From Calditrichales bacterium (GTDB lineage: Bacteria > Calditrichota > Calditrichia > Calditrichales > J004), in assembly GCA_965267575.1 (NCBI GenBank), contig OZ254086.1:3616001-3680000 (forward strand): 64,000 nt of DNA, written 5' to 3'. Below are positions 1-10,392 of the stretch, in pieces; position 1 is the stretch's first letter; each line of letters begins with the position of its first letter. A program made the position numbers and the translations under genes. Under the pieces are notes generated by a model, which saw only the letters and a list, made by a program, of their open reading frames with translations, had not been told where the DNA came from and ran no database searches.

Positions 1-221
1 TATAGAGAGTTTGGTGTTAATTGCCGTTAAGTACAACCCGGTATTTCCAATGCCCGTGGGTTCAACTATGATGCGCCGTCACCCGATTGATTAATAATTA
101 TTGCCGTTTTTCCCGATGGTTCAGACGAGCTGATGTAAAAGAATCCCAGAATTTTATAACGCGGGATACGTTTATCTTTTTATTTTTAATTAAACAAAAC
201 CAACAGAAAAAGGAGAATTAA

Positions 222-434
222 ATGCAAAACGTACTTATCAAGATTGATGGCATGAGCTGTGACAACTGTGTTAAGCATGTCAAAAGCGCCCTGGCGGAAG
301 TGGAAGGCGTTGATGTTCTGAACGTGATCATCGGTTCGGCCATGATTGTTACTAAGGGTGAAGTGCCGGAAGAAAAACTGCGCGAGGCCGTGGATGAAGC
401 GGGCTACAGCGTGAAAACAATCGCTAAGGCCTGA
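222..434 (+). CDS. copZ: Copper chaperone (single HMA domain)
   Basis: 70 aa with GMSCDNC metal-binding motif; AGGAG RBS upstream; directly before copA. Confidence 0.9.
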   Translation: MQNVLIKIDGMSCDNCVKHVKSALAEVEGVDVLNVIIGSAMIVTKGEVPEEKLREAVDEAGYSVKTIAKA

Positions 435-436
435 AA

Positions 437-2887
437 ATGAGCAAAGTGGATGTGCGGGAGATGACGCTGCCCGTAAAAGGAATGACCTGCGCGGCCTGCG
501 TGAAACATGTGGAGAAAGCTTTGCAGGGAAGCGCGGGCGTTAAAAGCGCGGCGGTAAACCTGGCGACCGAAAAAGCCCATATTAAGTTTGGCAACGGCGA
601 TGATTTGTCCGCAGTGATTCAGGCCGTTCGCAAGGCAGGCTATGATGTTGAGGCGAGCGAAGAGACCTTTGATGTGGACGGTATGACCTGTGCCGCTTGC
701 GTGAAACACGTGGAAAAGGCGCTGGCAAAGACGGAAGGCGTTATCGACGCCAACGTAAACCTGGCTACGGAGAGTGCGCGTGTAAGCTACATCGAAGGTG
801 TTGCCGATTTTGCTTCCATGGCGGCGGCCGTTAAAAAGGGCGGTTACACGCTTAAGCGCCGGACGAGGTCAGCGGAACAGACCGATAAGAGCAGCGCGAA
901 AGCTACTGAGTCGCGCAAGCGCATGTGGCTCACATGGGCCTTGGCTATCCCGGTTATGTTGTGGATGATACCACATATGTTCTTTGGCGTGATGTGGCCA
1001 AGTCATGCTGTCTTTAACCTGAGCACGATTCTCCTGGCTTTGCCGGTACTTTTGTTCCCGGGACGCGAGACTATGATAAGCGGCTGGCGGGCACTCATTG
1101 GCGGAAGCTCCAACATGGACACGCTGATCATGCTGGGATCATCGGTTTCGCTGATAACCGGTCCGCTCTCCTTTTTTATGGAGATCGCCAATTACGCCGG
1201 TATCGCTTCTATGATTATGGCCTTTCACCTTACCGGCAGGTATGTCGAAGCCAATGCGCGGGGCAAAGCGTCGCAGGCTATCCGCAAGCTGCTCGAACTG
1301 GGCGCCAAAACAGCCCGCGTGGAAACGGAAGACGGCGAAAAGGACATCGCCATTGAAGAATTGCAACCGGGCGACATAATGATTGTGCGACCCGGCGAAA
1401 AGATCCCCACGGATGGTGTGGTTGTCTCCGGTGAAAGCGCCGTGGATGAATCCATGGCTACGGGTGAAAGCATGCCCGTAACCCGCAAGGTTGACGATGC
1501 GGTCATCGGCGCGACACTAAACCAGGAGGGACTTCTCAAAGTGCGTGCCACGAAAATCGGCAAGGACACTTTCCTTGCCCAGGTGGTGAAGCTGGTGGAA
1601 GAGTGCCAGACCACCCGCGTTCCTATCCAGGCTTTCGCGGATAAGGTTACGGCGGTGTTTGTACCTGTTATTATGTCGATTGCCTTGCTGGCTGCATTAA
1701 GCTGGTGGCTGTTCCCCGAAACACTGCGGCCTTTGGCCGAGTGGGGCGCGACGCTTCTGCCGTGGGTTAATCCGCAGGTAAGCGTGCTGACGCTGGGGCT
1801 GGTTGTGCTGGTCTCGGTGCTGGTGATCGCCTGTCCCTGTGCGCTTGGGCTGGCCACGCCCACCGCTTTGATGGTTGGCAGCGGAATGGGCGCGCAAAAC
1901 GGTATTTTGATCCGCAGCGGTGAAGCAATCCAGACATTGAAAGATGTAAAAACGGTGGTGTTTGATAAAACCGGCACCATCACCCGCGGCAAACCGGAAG
2001 TTACGGATATAATTGCCCTGAACGGATTTAGCGGGAATGAACTGCTGCAGCTTGCGGCAACCGCCGAGCAGGGCAGTGAACACCCGCTGGCCCTTGCCGT
2101 GATGCAAAAAGCCAAATCGCTCGGGCTGCAAACACGAAATATTGATGATTTCAAAGCCGTACGAGGTAAGGGCGTTGTTGTCTCATCCAATGGCGGGCGT
2201 CTTGTGGTCGGTTCAGAGCGCTTTTTGCGCGAAGAAGGGATCGAATTCGACGGCCATGAAAGGGCGTTTACAAACCTTGAGCAAAAAGCACGCACGGTGA
2301 TTGCCGTTGCCCGGGACGGAAAGCTCGTTGGAGCTTTAGGTATTGCCGATCAGCTAAAGGATGATGCTGTTTTGGCCATTGAAGAACTGCATAAATTGGG
2401 ATTGCGAACGGCCCTTCTTACCGGGGACAACGAAGCCACGGCTAAAGCCATCGCGCAACAAGCCGCTATAGACCATGTGGTGGCCAACGTGCTGCCAGAC
2501 GGCAAAGTGGATGAGGTACGCCGCCTGCAGCAGGAATTTGGAGCGGTGGCTTTTGTGGGTGACGGCATCAACGACGCCCCGGCGCTGACGCAGGCCAATG
2601 TGGGTATTGCCATCGGCACGGGCACGGATATTGCCATTGAAGCCAGCGATGTAACGCTGGTCCACGGCGGCCCTTCAGACGTAGTGCGCGCTATACGCCT
2701 AAGCCGTAGCATCTTCAATAAAATACGCCAGAACCTGTTCTGGGCCTTTTTCTATAACGTGCTGATGATACCGCTGGCCATCGTTGGCTGGATGCACCCG
2801 CTGTTGGCGGAAATAGCCATGGCCGGTTCATCCGTTACGGTTGTGCTGAACGCGCTGCTGCTCAAGCGCACTAGACTTTTTATGTGA
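437..2887 (+). CDS. copA: Cu(I)-exporting P1B-type ATPase
   Basis: Two GMTCAAC HMA domains, [25 protein letters not shown] and MxxSS transmembrane ligands typical of P1B-1. Confidence 0.95.
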   Translation: MSKVDVREMTLPVKGMTCAACVKHVEKALQGSAGVKSAAVNLATEKAHIKFGNGDDLSAVIQAVRKAGYDVEASEETFDVDGMTCAACVKHVEKALAKTEGVIDANVNLATESARVSYIEGVADFASMAAAVKKGGYTLKRRTRSAEQTDKSSAKATESRKRMWLTWALAIPVMLWMIPHMFFGVMWPSHAVFNLSTILLALPVLLFPGRETMISGWRALIGGSSNMDTLIMLGSSVSLITGPLSFFMEIANYAGIASMIMAFHLTGRYVEANARGKASQAIRKLLELGAKTARVETEDGEKDIAIEELQPGDIMIVRPGEKIPTDGVVVSGESAVDESMATGESMPVTRKVDDAVIGATLNQEGLLKVRATKIGKDTFLAQVVKLVEECQTTRVPIQAFADKVTAVFVPVIMSIALLAALSWWLFPETLRPLAEWGATLLPWVNPQVSVLTLGLVVLVSVLVIACPCALGLATPTALMVGSGMGAQNGILIRSGEAIQTLKDVKTVVFDKTGTITRGKPEVTDIIALNGFSGNELLQLAATAEQGSEHPLALAVMQKAKSLGLQTRNIDDFKAVRGKGVVVSSNGGRLVVGSERFLREEGIEFDGHERAFTNLEQKARTVIAVARDGKLVGALGIADQLKDDAVLAIEELHKLGLRTALLTGDNEATAKAIAQQAAIDHVVANVLPDGKVDEVRRLQQEFGAVAFVGDGINDAPALTQANVGIAIGTGTDIAIEASDVTLVHGGPSDVVRAIRLSRSIFNKIRQNLFWAFFYNVLMIPLAIVGWMHPLLAEIAMAGSSVTVVLNALLLKRTRLFM

Positions 2888-5868
2888 ATCTTTTTGCATA
2901 GTAAATTATTATTACGTGAATTGGATTTTTTCTTAATCTTAATATATTTGAGTTTATAGTTTAAAAGTACAAATGTGGGGAACAAATGGTAGAATACCTT
3001 GAAAAGCTATTATATGATAAAACACAAAATTCGCAAGCAAGCATATTAGATGCACAATGGAAATATGATAAAAAAATAATTCCTAAAGCATTGCAAGCTA
3101 TTTCTAATTTATTTCCACATTATAGCCTACATGATGAATCACATTCTACAACCATTATAAATAATATTATAAGAATTCTGGGAATTGAAAATATTCAAAA
3201 ATTATCATCGATAGACATATGGTTAATATTAGAAGCAAGCTATGTTCATGATATAGGTATGGTAGTTACTGGAAAAGAGATTGAAAAGTCATTAACGGAA
3301 AAGGGATTTTTGGAGTTTTTTAAGGAGATTTTAGATGACGAGAAAAATCCTTTTCATGAGTTCGCTAATAGATTTAAAATAAAAAAAGATAAAATTCTAT
3401 ATAAAGATAATTATGTTAATATCGAATTGCATGACGGCCTAAAATTTATACTCGCAGAATTTTTTAGACGCATTCACTCCAAAAGGTCTAAGGATATCAT
3501 AGATAACCCACAAAGCCTAGTTTTATCATCACCGAGAGGTGCAATTCCCCGTAGAATTTTTAAGATTTTAGGCGAAATATGTGAAGCACATACAAAAACA
3601 TTTGAACAAGTAATGCACTTGCCATTTAAGCAAGTTGGAATTGATACAGAGGATGCTCATCCGAAGTTTATTGCGTGTCTATTAAGGCTTGGCGATTTGT
3701 TGGACATAGATAATGATCGATTTTCTGAAGTAATATTACAAACACTACAGAAAATACCACTAGACACAATAACACATAAAAACAAACACCTTGCAATAGA
3801 ATTATTGAGAATTGATAGAGATATAATAGAAATAACCGCAAAATGCAACAATTATGAAGTCAGCAGTATAACGCAGAGATGGTTTGACTACCTTGATTCT
3901 GAAATTAGAAATCAAATGATTCATTGGAATAATATTGTACCTTACAAAGGTTTTTGCGTTTTGCCTACGATTGGAAACTTAAAAATTGACCTAATTGGTT
4001 ATGATTTAATTGATGGAAAAAACAAGCCTCGATTTACACTCGACAGCGCTAAAGCCGCTGAGCTGTTGAAAGGAGCCGGTCTGTACGATGGACCTTATCA
4101 AAGCATCAGAGAAATTATTCAGAATGCTGTTGATGCTACACTGTTAAGAATATGGTTAGATTATTCCGAGGATATAAAATTTAATACACCGCATGAAAAT
4201 TCATTTCTAGAATTACTTAATAAATACCCTATAAAAATAACAATAAAACAACTTGACATTAAGGAGGAGGAAAAAAGATGGCTATTTGAGGTAATAGATT
4301 TAGGGATAGGTATTTCAACAGAGGATCTTAAGTTTTTAATAAATACTGGCAGCTCTTCAAAAAATAGATCAAAAATGCAAATTATCGAATCGATGCCGCC
4401 TTGGTTAAAGCCGTCAGGAATATTCGGTATAGGTTTTCAAAGCATATTCTTATTAACAGATGTTGTAAACATCGCCACAAAAAGCTATATAAGTCAAGAA
4501 GAGCAGTTTTTTGAGCTTAATAGTCCAACGGCACAAAAAAATGGGGATATTCTTATCAAGAAGAAAGCGTCTACTTACGTAAAAAAGCCTGGAACGCAAC
4601 TTAGCTTTATATATAAAACGCCGGTCTTACCAAAGACATATTCCGTAAGACTTGATTCACATGCATACAAAACCTTATTTGATTACGATCCGATTGTTCA
4701 TGAATCTCTTGATATTGAACTAGCGAAAATACTTGATGAAATATATAATATAGCTGATAAATGTTACTTGCCTATTGAACTTGTAGTTGATGAAAAAGAA
4801 ATAATACTTGATCAAAAAACACTCCAAAAGTTTAAGTTCTACGACTCCGAAAATTCTTTAGAACTAAACGTTGAATGTGATGACATGAAACCTAATAAGC
4901 TTAATATTTTTTATAAAAATCAAAAAGTAAGCACTAATCTGCGTTTTATGTTTCTTAGCTTAGAAATAAATATTCATGGAGATGTTGCTTCTGAAGTGCT
5001 TACTTTAAATAGAAACAAGATTAGAAGTGAATATGAGTCTAAGTTACATTATCAAATTTTGCAAAGCGTATTTAAAATTCTAAATAAAGATTTTGAAAGT
5101 TTATTTAACAAAAAACAGGATATGGCCCTAGCAAGTATGTTTTTATACTTTTATTCTGATCGGTATGAAACCTTAAAAAAAATTATTGATTTAAATCGTT
5201 TTGACCATTGGAAAAAATATAACGTTCAGCTAGAAAATAAGAATTATGATCTAGAAGAAATATTGGTGTGCACAAAAACAACTACACTGGTTTATTCTAA
5301 TACAAGATTAAACACTAAAGAAGGCTTAGCGTTAAAAGACGATGATCTTGAAATAACACTCCCTGCTCGCCATGCCAATAATGACTATATGTCTTTCATA
5401 TTATTCAAGCTAAAAGAAACCCTTAAATCATTTAAGTCTTACGAAGCCCATGATGGTTCTGAATTCTTAAAGTTTTCGAAGGAAATAGACGAAGAGGCAA
5501 CCGAAGTGCAGATTAAAAGACTACTGAATAAACTTATAATTAGGTCACCTTTTTATTCTTCAAGAATAATCGTTCCATGCCCTCAAGATTATTTTAATTT
5601 AAGAATTATTGATAATGTTTTTGAATTTCATTTAAACCAAATACCTATCGACAACAATATACCGCTTGCTTTACCCAAAATGCTTTTCCCGTACGTTACC
5701 GAATTAAATTATGACGGCAAATGTAGAACTATTCTAAGTCTGAATGAAAAAGTTTATAATTGGGTTTATAAATACCGGTTTAATAAAAACACTACACTAG
5801 AGGACATCAAAGATGCGTATAGTAAATTTATTATGGAGTTTAGACTAGATAAAAGTATCAACAATTAG
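2888..5868. other. AT-rich single-gene island (probable horizontal acquisition)
   Basis: Abrupt compositional shift at the copA stop and back at the creatininase start; no integrase or transposase seen. GC was judged by eye, not computed. Confidence 0.75.
2986..5868 (+). CDS. HD-domain (HD-CE-like) + HSP90/GHKL-type ATPase protein, putative defence/conflict protein
   Basis: N-terminal PHYSLHDESH, YVHDIGM and LRLGDLLD HD motifs; central LYDGPYQSIREIIQNAVDA, DLGIGIS, GIFGIGFQS and PGT GHKL motifs; far more AT-rich than the flanks. Confidence 0.8.
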   Translation: MVEYLEKLLYDKTQNSQASILDAQWKYDKKIIPKALQAISNLFPHYSLHDESHSTTIINNIIRILGIENIQKLSSIDIWLILEASYVHDIGMVVTGKEIEKSLTEKGFLEFFKEILDDEKNPFHEFANRFKIKKDKILYKDNYVNIELHDGLKFILAEFFRRIHSKRSKDIIDNPQSLVLSSPRGAIPRRIFKILGEICEAHTKTFEQVMHLPFKQVGIDTEDAHPKFIACLLRLGDLLDIDNDRFSEVILQTLQKIPLDTITHKNKHLAIELLRIDRDIIEITAKCNNYEVSSITQRWFDYLDSEIRNQMIHWNNIVPYKGFCVLPTIGNLKIDLIGYDLIDGKNKPRFTLDSAKAAELLKGAGLYDGPYQSIREIIQNAVDATLLRIWLDYSEDIKFNTPHENSFLELLNKYPIKITIKQLDIKEEEKRWLFEVIDLGIGISTEDLKFLINTGSSSKNRSKMQIIESMPPWLKPSGIFGIGFQSIFLLTDVVNIATKSYISQEEQFFELNSPTAQKNGDILIKKKASTYVKKPGTQLSFIYKTPVLPKTYSVRLDSHAYKTLFDYDPIVHESLDIELAKILDEIYNIADKCYLPIELVVDEKEIILDQKTLQKFKFYDSENSLELNVECDDMKPNKLNIFYKNQKVSTNLRFMFLSLEINIHGDVASEVLTLNRNKIRSEYESKLHYQILQSVFKILNKDFESLFNKKQDMALASMFLYFYSDRYETLKKIIDLNRFDHWKKYNVQLENKNYDLEEILVCTKTTTLVYSNTRLNTKEGLALKDDDLEITLPARHANNDYMSFILFKLKETLKSFKSYEAHDGSEFLKFSKEIDEEATEVQIKRLLNKLIIRSPFYSSRIIVPCPQDYFNLRIIDNVFEFHLNQIPIDNNIPLALPKMLFPYVTELNYDGKCRTILSLNEKVYNWVYKYRFNKNTTLEDIKDAYSKFIMEFRLDKSINN

Positions 5869-6625
5869 ACCCTACATTTTGGCAGAAACAAACTGGAAAG
5901 CGCTTAAAGATAGCACTATCGATGTGGCGGTTTTGCCCTGGGGCGCCACGGAAGCGCACAATTTTCACTTGCCTTACGGCACGGACATTATTGAGTCTGA
6001 TCACCTGGCGGCGGAATCGGCACGGATAGCCCATGAAAGCGGTGCCCGGTTGATCGTTTTGCCCACAGTGCCGTTTGGCGTCAATACCGGCCAAAGCGAC
6101 ATCTTCCTGGATATAAACCTCAATCCGACGACCCAACTTGCCATCCTAAAAGATATTCTAGAAGTATTGGATCGCCAGGGTATCCACAAGCTGGTTATTT
6201 TCAACAGTCACGGCGGAAATGACTTTAAAGCGATCGTGCGTGAGCTTGGATTGAAATTTCCCGGCATGTTCATCTGCCTTTTAAACTGGTTTCAGATGGC
6301 CGAAAAGTCGGATTATTTCGATGAACCGGGCGACCACGCCGGGGAAATGGAAACCAGCCTGATGCTTTTCCTGAAGCCGGAGCTTGTTTTATCTAAAGCG
6401 CAGTGGGGTGTTGGACGAGAGAAGCAAAATAAAATCGAAGCCTTCCGTGAAGGTTGGGTGTGGGCAGAACGCAGGTGGTCTCAGATAAGCGAAGATACGG
6501 GCGTGGGTAACCCGGCGGCGGCCAGTAAAGAGAAAGGCGAACTGTTCTTTAAAGCAGTCACTCAAAAAGCAGGACGTTTCCTGATATCGCTGTGTGAGAC
6601 GGATGTAAAAGATCTTTATGAGTAA
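5864..6625 (+). CDS. Creatininase/creatinine amidohydrolase family protein (start ambiguous: ATT 5864 or TTG 5879)
   Basis: LPWGATEAHNFHLPYGTD, NSHGGN and DHAGEMETS motifs; in-frame IRPYIL precedes the TTG. Confidence 0.85.
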   Translation: MRPYILAETNWKALKDSTIDVAVLPWGATEAHNFHLPYGTDIIESDHLAAESARIAHESGARLIVLPTVPFGVNTGQSDIFLDINLNPTTQLAILKDILEVLDRQGIHKLVIFNSHGGNDFKAIVRELGLKFPGMFICLLNWFQMAEKSDYFDEPGDHAGEMETSLMLFLKPELVLSKAQWGVGREKQNKIEAFREGWVWAERRWSQISEDTGVGNPAAASKEKGELFFKAVTQKAGRFLISLCETDVKDLYE

Positions 6626-7190
6626 CCGCGAAGACAGCATAAAATATTTTGCCGGCCGTGAGGAGTGGAGGAACTGGCTGCGAGAAAACTTTCGAACGGC
6701 CAAAGAGGTCTGGCTGGTCTATCCCAAAAAAGCCAGTGGCAAAAAGCGTATACCTTATAATGATGCCGTAGAAGAGGCTTTGTGTTTTGGGTGGATTGAC
6801 AGTACCGTAAAAAGCCTGGATGAACAAAACAGTATGCAGCGATTTACACCACGCAAGACCGGGAGCAGCTTTTCACAGGCCAATAAAGAGCGTTTGCGCT
6901 GGCTGAACCGGCAGAATCTGATACACCCTGAAATACGCACAGGTCTGGAAGATGTAATCAACGAAGAGTTCATATTTCCGCCTGACATTATAAAAGTTCT
7001 GCGCGAAGATGAGCGTGCATGGCAAAACTATTGTGCTTTTTCCGATCCCTATAAACGAATACGCATTGCCTATATTGATGCCGCGCGCGGCCGGCCGGAC
7101 GAGTTTCGTAAACGCTTGAAGAATTTCATCGAAAAAACCAGGCAGAATAAAATGATTTCCGGATATGGCGGTATAGATAAGTATTATTAA
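6618..7190 (+). CDS. YdeI/OmpD-associated (bacteriocin-protection) family protein
   Basis: WRNWL..., YNDAVEEALCFGWIDS and RFTPRK motifs; overlaps the creatininase stop. Confidence 0.85.
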   Translation: MSNREDSIKYFAGREEWRNWLRENFRTAKEVWLVYPKKASGKKRIPYNDAVEEALCFGWIDSTVKSLDEQNSMQRFTPRKTGSSFSQANKERLRWLNRQNLIHPEIRTGLEDVINEEFIFPPDIIKVLREDERAWQNYCAFSDPYKRIRIAYIDAARGRPDEFRKRLKNFIEKTRQNKMISGYGGIDKYY

Positions 7191-7306
7191 TTTGCACTCT
7201 TCACCCCTTTATGCAAAATTTGTGAGCCGACCAGAAAACCGCTGATTACGCGAAAGTGCCATCGGCAAATCAATCAAAAAAAATCTATATTATAAAGATC
7301 GTATTA

Positions 7307-8476
7307 ATGAAAAAATTGATTTCATCAGACCTAAAGCTTGGTATCATGGCCGGAGGCCAACTGGGCAAAATGCTCATTCAGGATGCCAGCAAGTGGAATA
7401 TCATCACGCATGTGCTGGATGAAGCCGAAGGGTGCCCGGCGGCAGGCGTTGCCAGCCTGTTCAAAAAAGGCAGCCGTCTCGATTACGATGATGTCTACAA
7501 TTTTGGCAAAAACGTAGATGTTCTCACTTTTGAGATCGAAAGCATCAACACCGAAGCCTTGTATAAACTAAAATCGGAAGGTGTACGTATTGCCCCGGAT
7601 CCGTCGATCCTGGAACTGATCCAGGACAAGGGCAAGCAGAAAACGTTTTACAGCGATCACGGCATACCGACATCGCCTTTCGAACTTTATGAAAGCAAGA
7701 ACGACGTGTTGCAGGCGTTGAAGGATGGCCGGCTCGTCTATCCCTTTGTGCAGAAGCTGCGCACGGGCGGTTATGACGGGCGCGGTGTGGCGGTGATTGA
7801 TGATGAGAACGATCTGGACAAGCTTCTTGACGGTCCGTCCATGGTGGAACACAAAGTGGATATCGATAAAGAGATTGCCATCATCGCCGCGCGCAATGAA
7901 AGCGGCGAAATACGCTGCTTCCCGGCGGTGGAGATGGTTTTTGACCCGGAATCCAACCTTGTGGAAAAGCTGCTCTGTCCTTCCGGCATTGACCGCGAGA
8001 CGGCGCTGGAAGCCGAAAGAATTGCCTCCGAGTTGATTGAGCAACTTAACATGAGCGGTTTGCTGGCGGTTGAGTTTTTTGTCGATAAAAAGCAAAAGGT
8101 GCTGGTAAACGAGGCGGCTCCCCGGCCGCACAACAGCGGCCACCATACCATCGAAAGTGTCGTTACGTCGCAGTTTGAGCAGCATCTTCGGGCCATCCTG
8201 AACCTGCCTTTGGGCAGCACGCAGCTCAAAATACCGGCAGTTATGATCAACCTGGTGGGCGAAAAAGGACATGAAGGTCCCGTTAAATACGAAGGGCTGA
8301 AAGAATGCCTTGCCATTGAAGGTGTAAAAGTGCATATCTACGGTAAAACAAGTACACGGCCGTTCCGCAAAATGGGACACGTAACGATCGTTGCAAGAGA
8401 GCTGGGCGACGCACTGAAAAAGGCGGACAAGGTTAAACGCATATTAAAGGTAAAATCATGGGACAAAAGCGCGTAA
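7307..8476 (+). CDS. purK: N5-carboxyaminoimidazole ribonucleotide synthase
   Basis: GGQLGKML, GYDGRG, NEAAPRPHNSGH and RKMGHVT ATP-grasp motifs; ATG 7307 preferred over GTG 7256. Confidence 0.95.
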   Translation: MKKLISSDLKLGIMAGGQLGKMLIQDASKWNIITHVLDEAEGCPAAGVASLFKKGSRLDYDDVYNFGKNVDVLTFEIESINTEALYKLKSEGVRIAPDPSILELIQDKGKQKTFYSDHGIPTSPFELYESKNDVLQALKDGRLVYPFVQKLRTGGYDGRGVAVIDDENDLDKLLDGPSMVEHKVDIDKEIAIIAARNESGEIRCFPAVEMVFDPESNLVEKLLCPSGIDRETALEAERIASELIEQLNMSGLLAVEFFVDKKQKVLVNEAAPRPHNSGHHTIESVVTSQFEQHLRAILNLPLGSTQLKIPAVMINLVGEKGHEGPVKYEGLKECLAIEGVKVHIYGKTSTRPFRKMGHVTIVARELGDALKKADKVKRILKVKSWDKSA

Positions 8477-8949
8477 GCATTGTAATGGGCTCCGACTCGG
8501 ACCTGCCGGTAATGCAAGCGGCGGCCGATGTTTTGCAGGAGCTGGGTGTGGATTATGAATTAGACATCGTTTCGGCGCATCGCACACCGCAGAAACTTTA
8601 CGAATTTGCGCAAGAGGCACATACGCGCGGCATTGATGTAATCATTGCCGGGGCTGGCGGAGCAGCGCATTTGCCCGGTATGCTTGCGGCCATTTCACCG
8701 TTGCCGGTTATTGGCGTGCCCGTAAAATCCAGCAACTCCATCGACGGCTGGGATTCGGTGTTGTCCATCCTGCAAATGCCGGGCGGCGTACCTGTTGCCA
8801 CCGTAGCCCTGAACGGCGCTAAAAATGCAGGCATCCTTGCCGCGCAAATTATTTCTGCTGCTGATAAGGAGGTGCGGGAAAAGATTATCCGCTATAAAAG
8901 GGGGCTTGAAGAAAAGGTCCACGAAAAGGCTAAAAAGCTGAAAAAGTGA
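8458..8949 (+). CDS. purE: N5-CAIR mutase
   Basis: MGSDSD, SAHRTP, GAGGAAHLPGM and QMPGGVPVATV motifs. Confidence 0.97.
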   Translation: MGQKRVSIVMGSDSDLPVMQAAADVLQELGVDYELDIVSAHRTPQKLYEFAQEAHTRGIDVIIAGAGGAAHLPGMLAAISPLPVIGVPVKSSNSIDGWDSVLSILQMPGGVPVATVALNGAKNAGILAAQIISAADKEVREKIIRYKRGLEEKVHEKAKKLKK

Positions 8950-8950
8950 A

Positions 8951-9913
8951 CTAGAACTTCTGAACGATAGAAAGGTATAGCGGCAATCCTATCGTGATGT
9001 TAAACGGAAAGGTCACCGCCAGGGCCATGGGGATATAAAGTCCTGGATTGGCTTTGGGTGCTGCCAGCTTCATCGCCGCGGGCACGGCAATATAGGACGC
9101 GCTGGCGGCCAGAATGGCAAACAGAAAGCGGTTGCCAACATCTTCGGAAATAAGCGCGCTGAGAAACGATACGGCAATCCCGTTTACCACCGGCACAATA
9201 ATGGCAAATAAAAAGGTGAACCAGCCGTTTTGGAAAAAGGACGACAATTTTTTGCCGCTTATAATGCCCATATCCAGCAGAAAAACCGCCAGAAACCCTT
9301 TGAAAATATCCGTTGTAAAAGGCTCAATCCCCCTGGCTTGCTCTGCGCTTGCCAGAAATCCGATCAGCAAACTTCCGAGAATCAAAAATACGCTGCCGTT
9401 GGTCATCGAGTGTTTAAGAACTACGGAAAATGGTGGTTTTACGGCGGTGTCTTTTTCAAAAAACGCCAGAAGCAGCAGGGCGACGATAATGGATGGCGCT
9501 TCCATCAGGGCCATCACGGCAATCATGTGTCCGCCAAAAGTTATCTGCTGAAGCTCCAGAAAAGAAATCGCCGTTACAAATGTAACCGCACTGATAGAAC
9601 CATAGGCCGCCGCCACAGCCCCCGCGTTCTGCGTGCCCAATCGGTTCTTTAAAATAAAAAACGCGTATACGGGAACGATCAACGCCAGTATTACGCCGAA
9701 CAACAACGACCAGACAATCTCCATATTAAAAGCGCTGTGTGAAAGCTCCTGGCCGCCCTTAAAACCGATGGAAAAAAGCAGGTAAAGCGAGATGAATTTA
9801 GACGAACTCTCCGGAATGGCCAGGTCGCTTTTGAGCTTTACGGCGGCCAGGCCGAGAAAAAAGAAAAGCAAAGCGGGATTTGTCAGATTGTCGATTAAAA
9901 GACTGATTTCCAT
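8951..9913 (-). CDS. sbtA: Sodium-dependent bicarbonate transporter family permease (SbtA/DUF897)
   Basis: LKSDLxIP, SIGFKGG, YGSISAVTF, MEAP, FLLDMG, ASASYIAVPAAM and TFPFNI motifs; about 10 hydrophobic segments. Confidence 0.9.
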   Translation of the reverse strand: MEISLLIDNLTNPALLFFFLGLAAVKLKSDLAIPESSSKFISLYLLFSIGFKGGQELSHSAFNMEIVWSLLFGVILALIVPVYAFFILKNRLGTQNAGAVAAAYGSISAVTFVTAISFLELQQITFGGHMIAVMALMEAPSIIVALLLLAFFEKDTAVKPPFSVVLKHSMTNGSVFLILGSLLIGFLASAEQARGIEPFTTDIFKGFLAVFLLDMGIISGKKLSSFFQNGWFTFLFAIIVPVVNGIAVSFLSALISEDVGNRFLFAILAASASYIAVPAAMKLAAPKANPGLYIPMALAVTFPFNITIGLPLYLSIVQKF

Positions 9914-9969
9914 ATCGTTCTGGTTTCTAAGTCAAGGCAGCAAAAAACAAGGCAAACGAACGCCGTCTT

Positions 9970-10392
9970 TTACAAAGCCGTTGGCAGGTATACGCTTTGA
10001 AATACATCGCTTGAATCATTATAAACAAGCCCGTTTACAGTGAGAGAATTTTGCCTGATGCGCGCCGCAAAATATTCTTTTTCTGACATCATAGTCAATT
10101 GCTGTCTGATATTTAATCGTGTGAGCGCAATCTTCCTGTCCACGCCGGCGTTCTCCCCGGCAATGGCACTGTACTGCTCCGCGTAAAGGGATTTAAGAGC
10201 GTCTTCAACCGGAAGCACGCTGTTGGCTTTTTCATTCAGAGCGTTTGTTACAAAGCAGCATGAGCAGTTCTGTACAATCAGAATATTACGGATGTCTTTG
10301 CTCTCAATAAAAAAACGCAGCTCATTTTCAAACTCTCCCATAGAATGGAAGAAGCGGCTGCCGAGCGCGGTAAGAAAGTAGATATCGCCGCT
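9970..10392 (-). pseudogene. 5'-truncated beta-carbonic-anhydrase-like gene
   Basis: C-terminal part of ORF 9970..10653 (YFLTALG...NILIVQNCSC...NIRQQL...LTVNGLVYN) looks beta-CA-like; upstream of ~10392 the ORF is the antisense of a LysR remnant. Confidence 0.55.

Noticed and set aside
1..94. Possible 3' end of an upstream gene
   Set aside because: Two short open frames (stops at 30 and 94) with no recognisable motif; cannot be assigned.
150..200. CsoR/CueR/CopY operator upstream of copZ
   Set aside because: Only a weak imperfect inverted repeat; no convincing consensus match.
1225..2295. Long antisense ORFs (e.g. 356 aa opposite copA, 270 aa opposite purK, 342 aa opposite flgE, 243 aa opposite fliH)
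   Set aside because: Shadow ORFs of well-supported genes, with no recognisable motifs.
2872..5870. TAGAC at both island edges (2872-76 and 5866-70) as a target-site duplication
   Set aside because: Only 5 bp, with another copy at 5841; precise excision would fuse copA in frame to creatininase, which is implausible; no transposase or inverted repeats.
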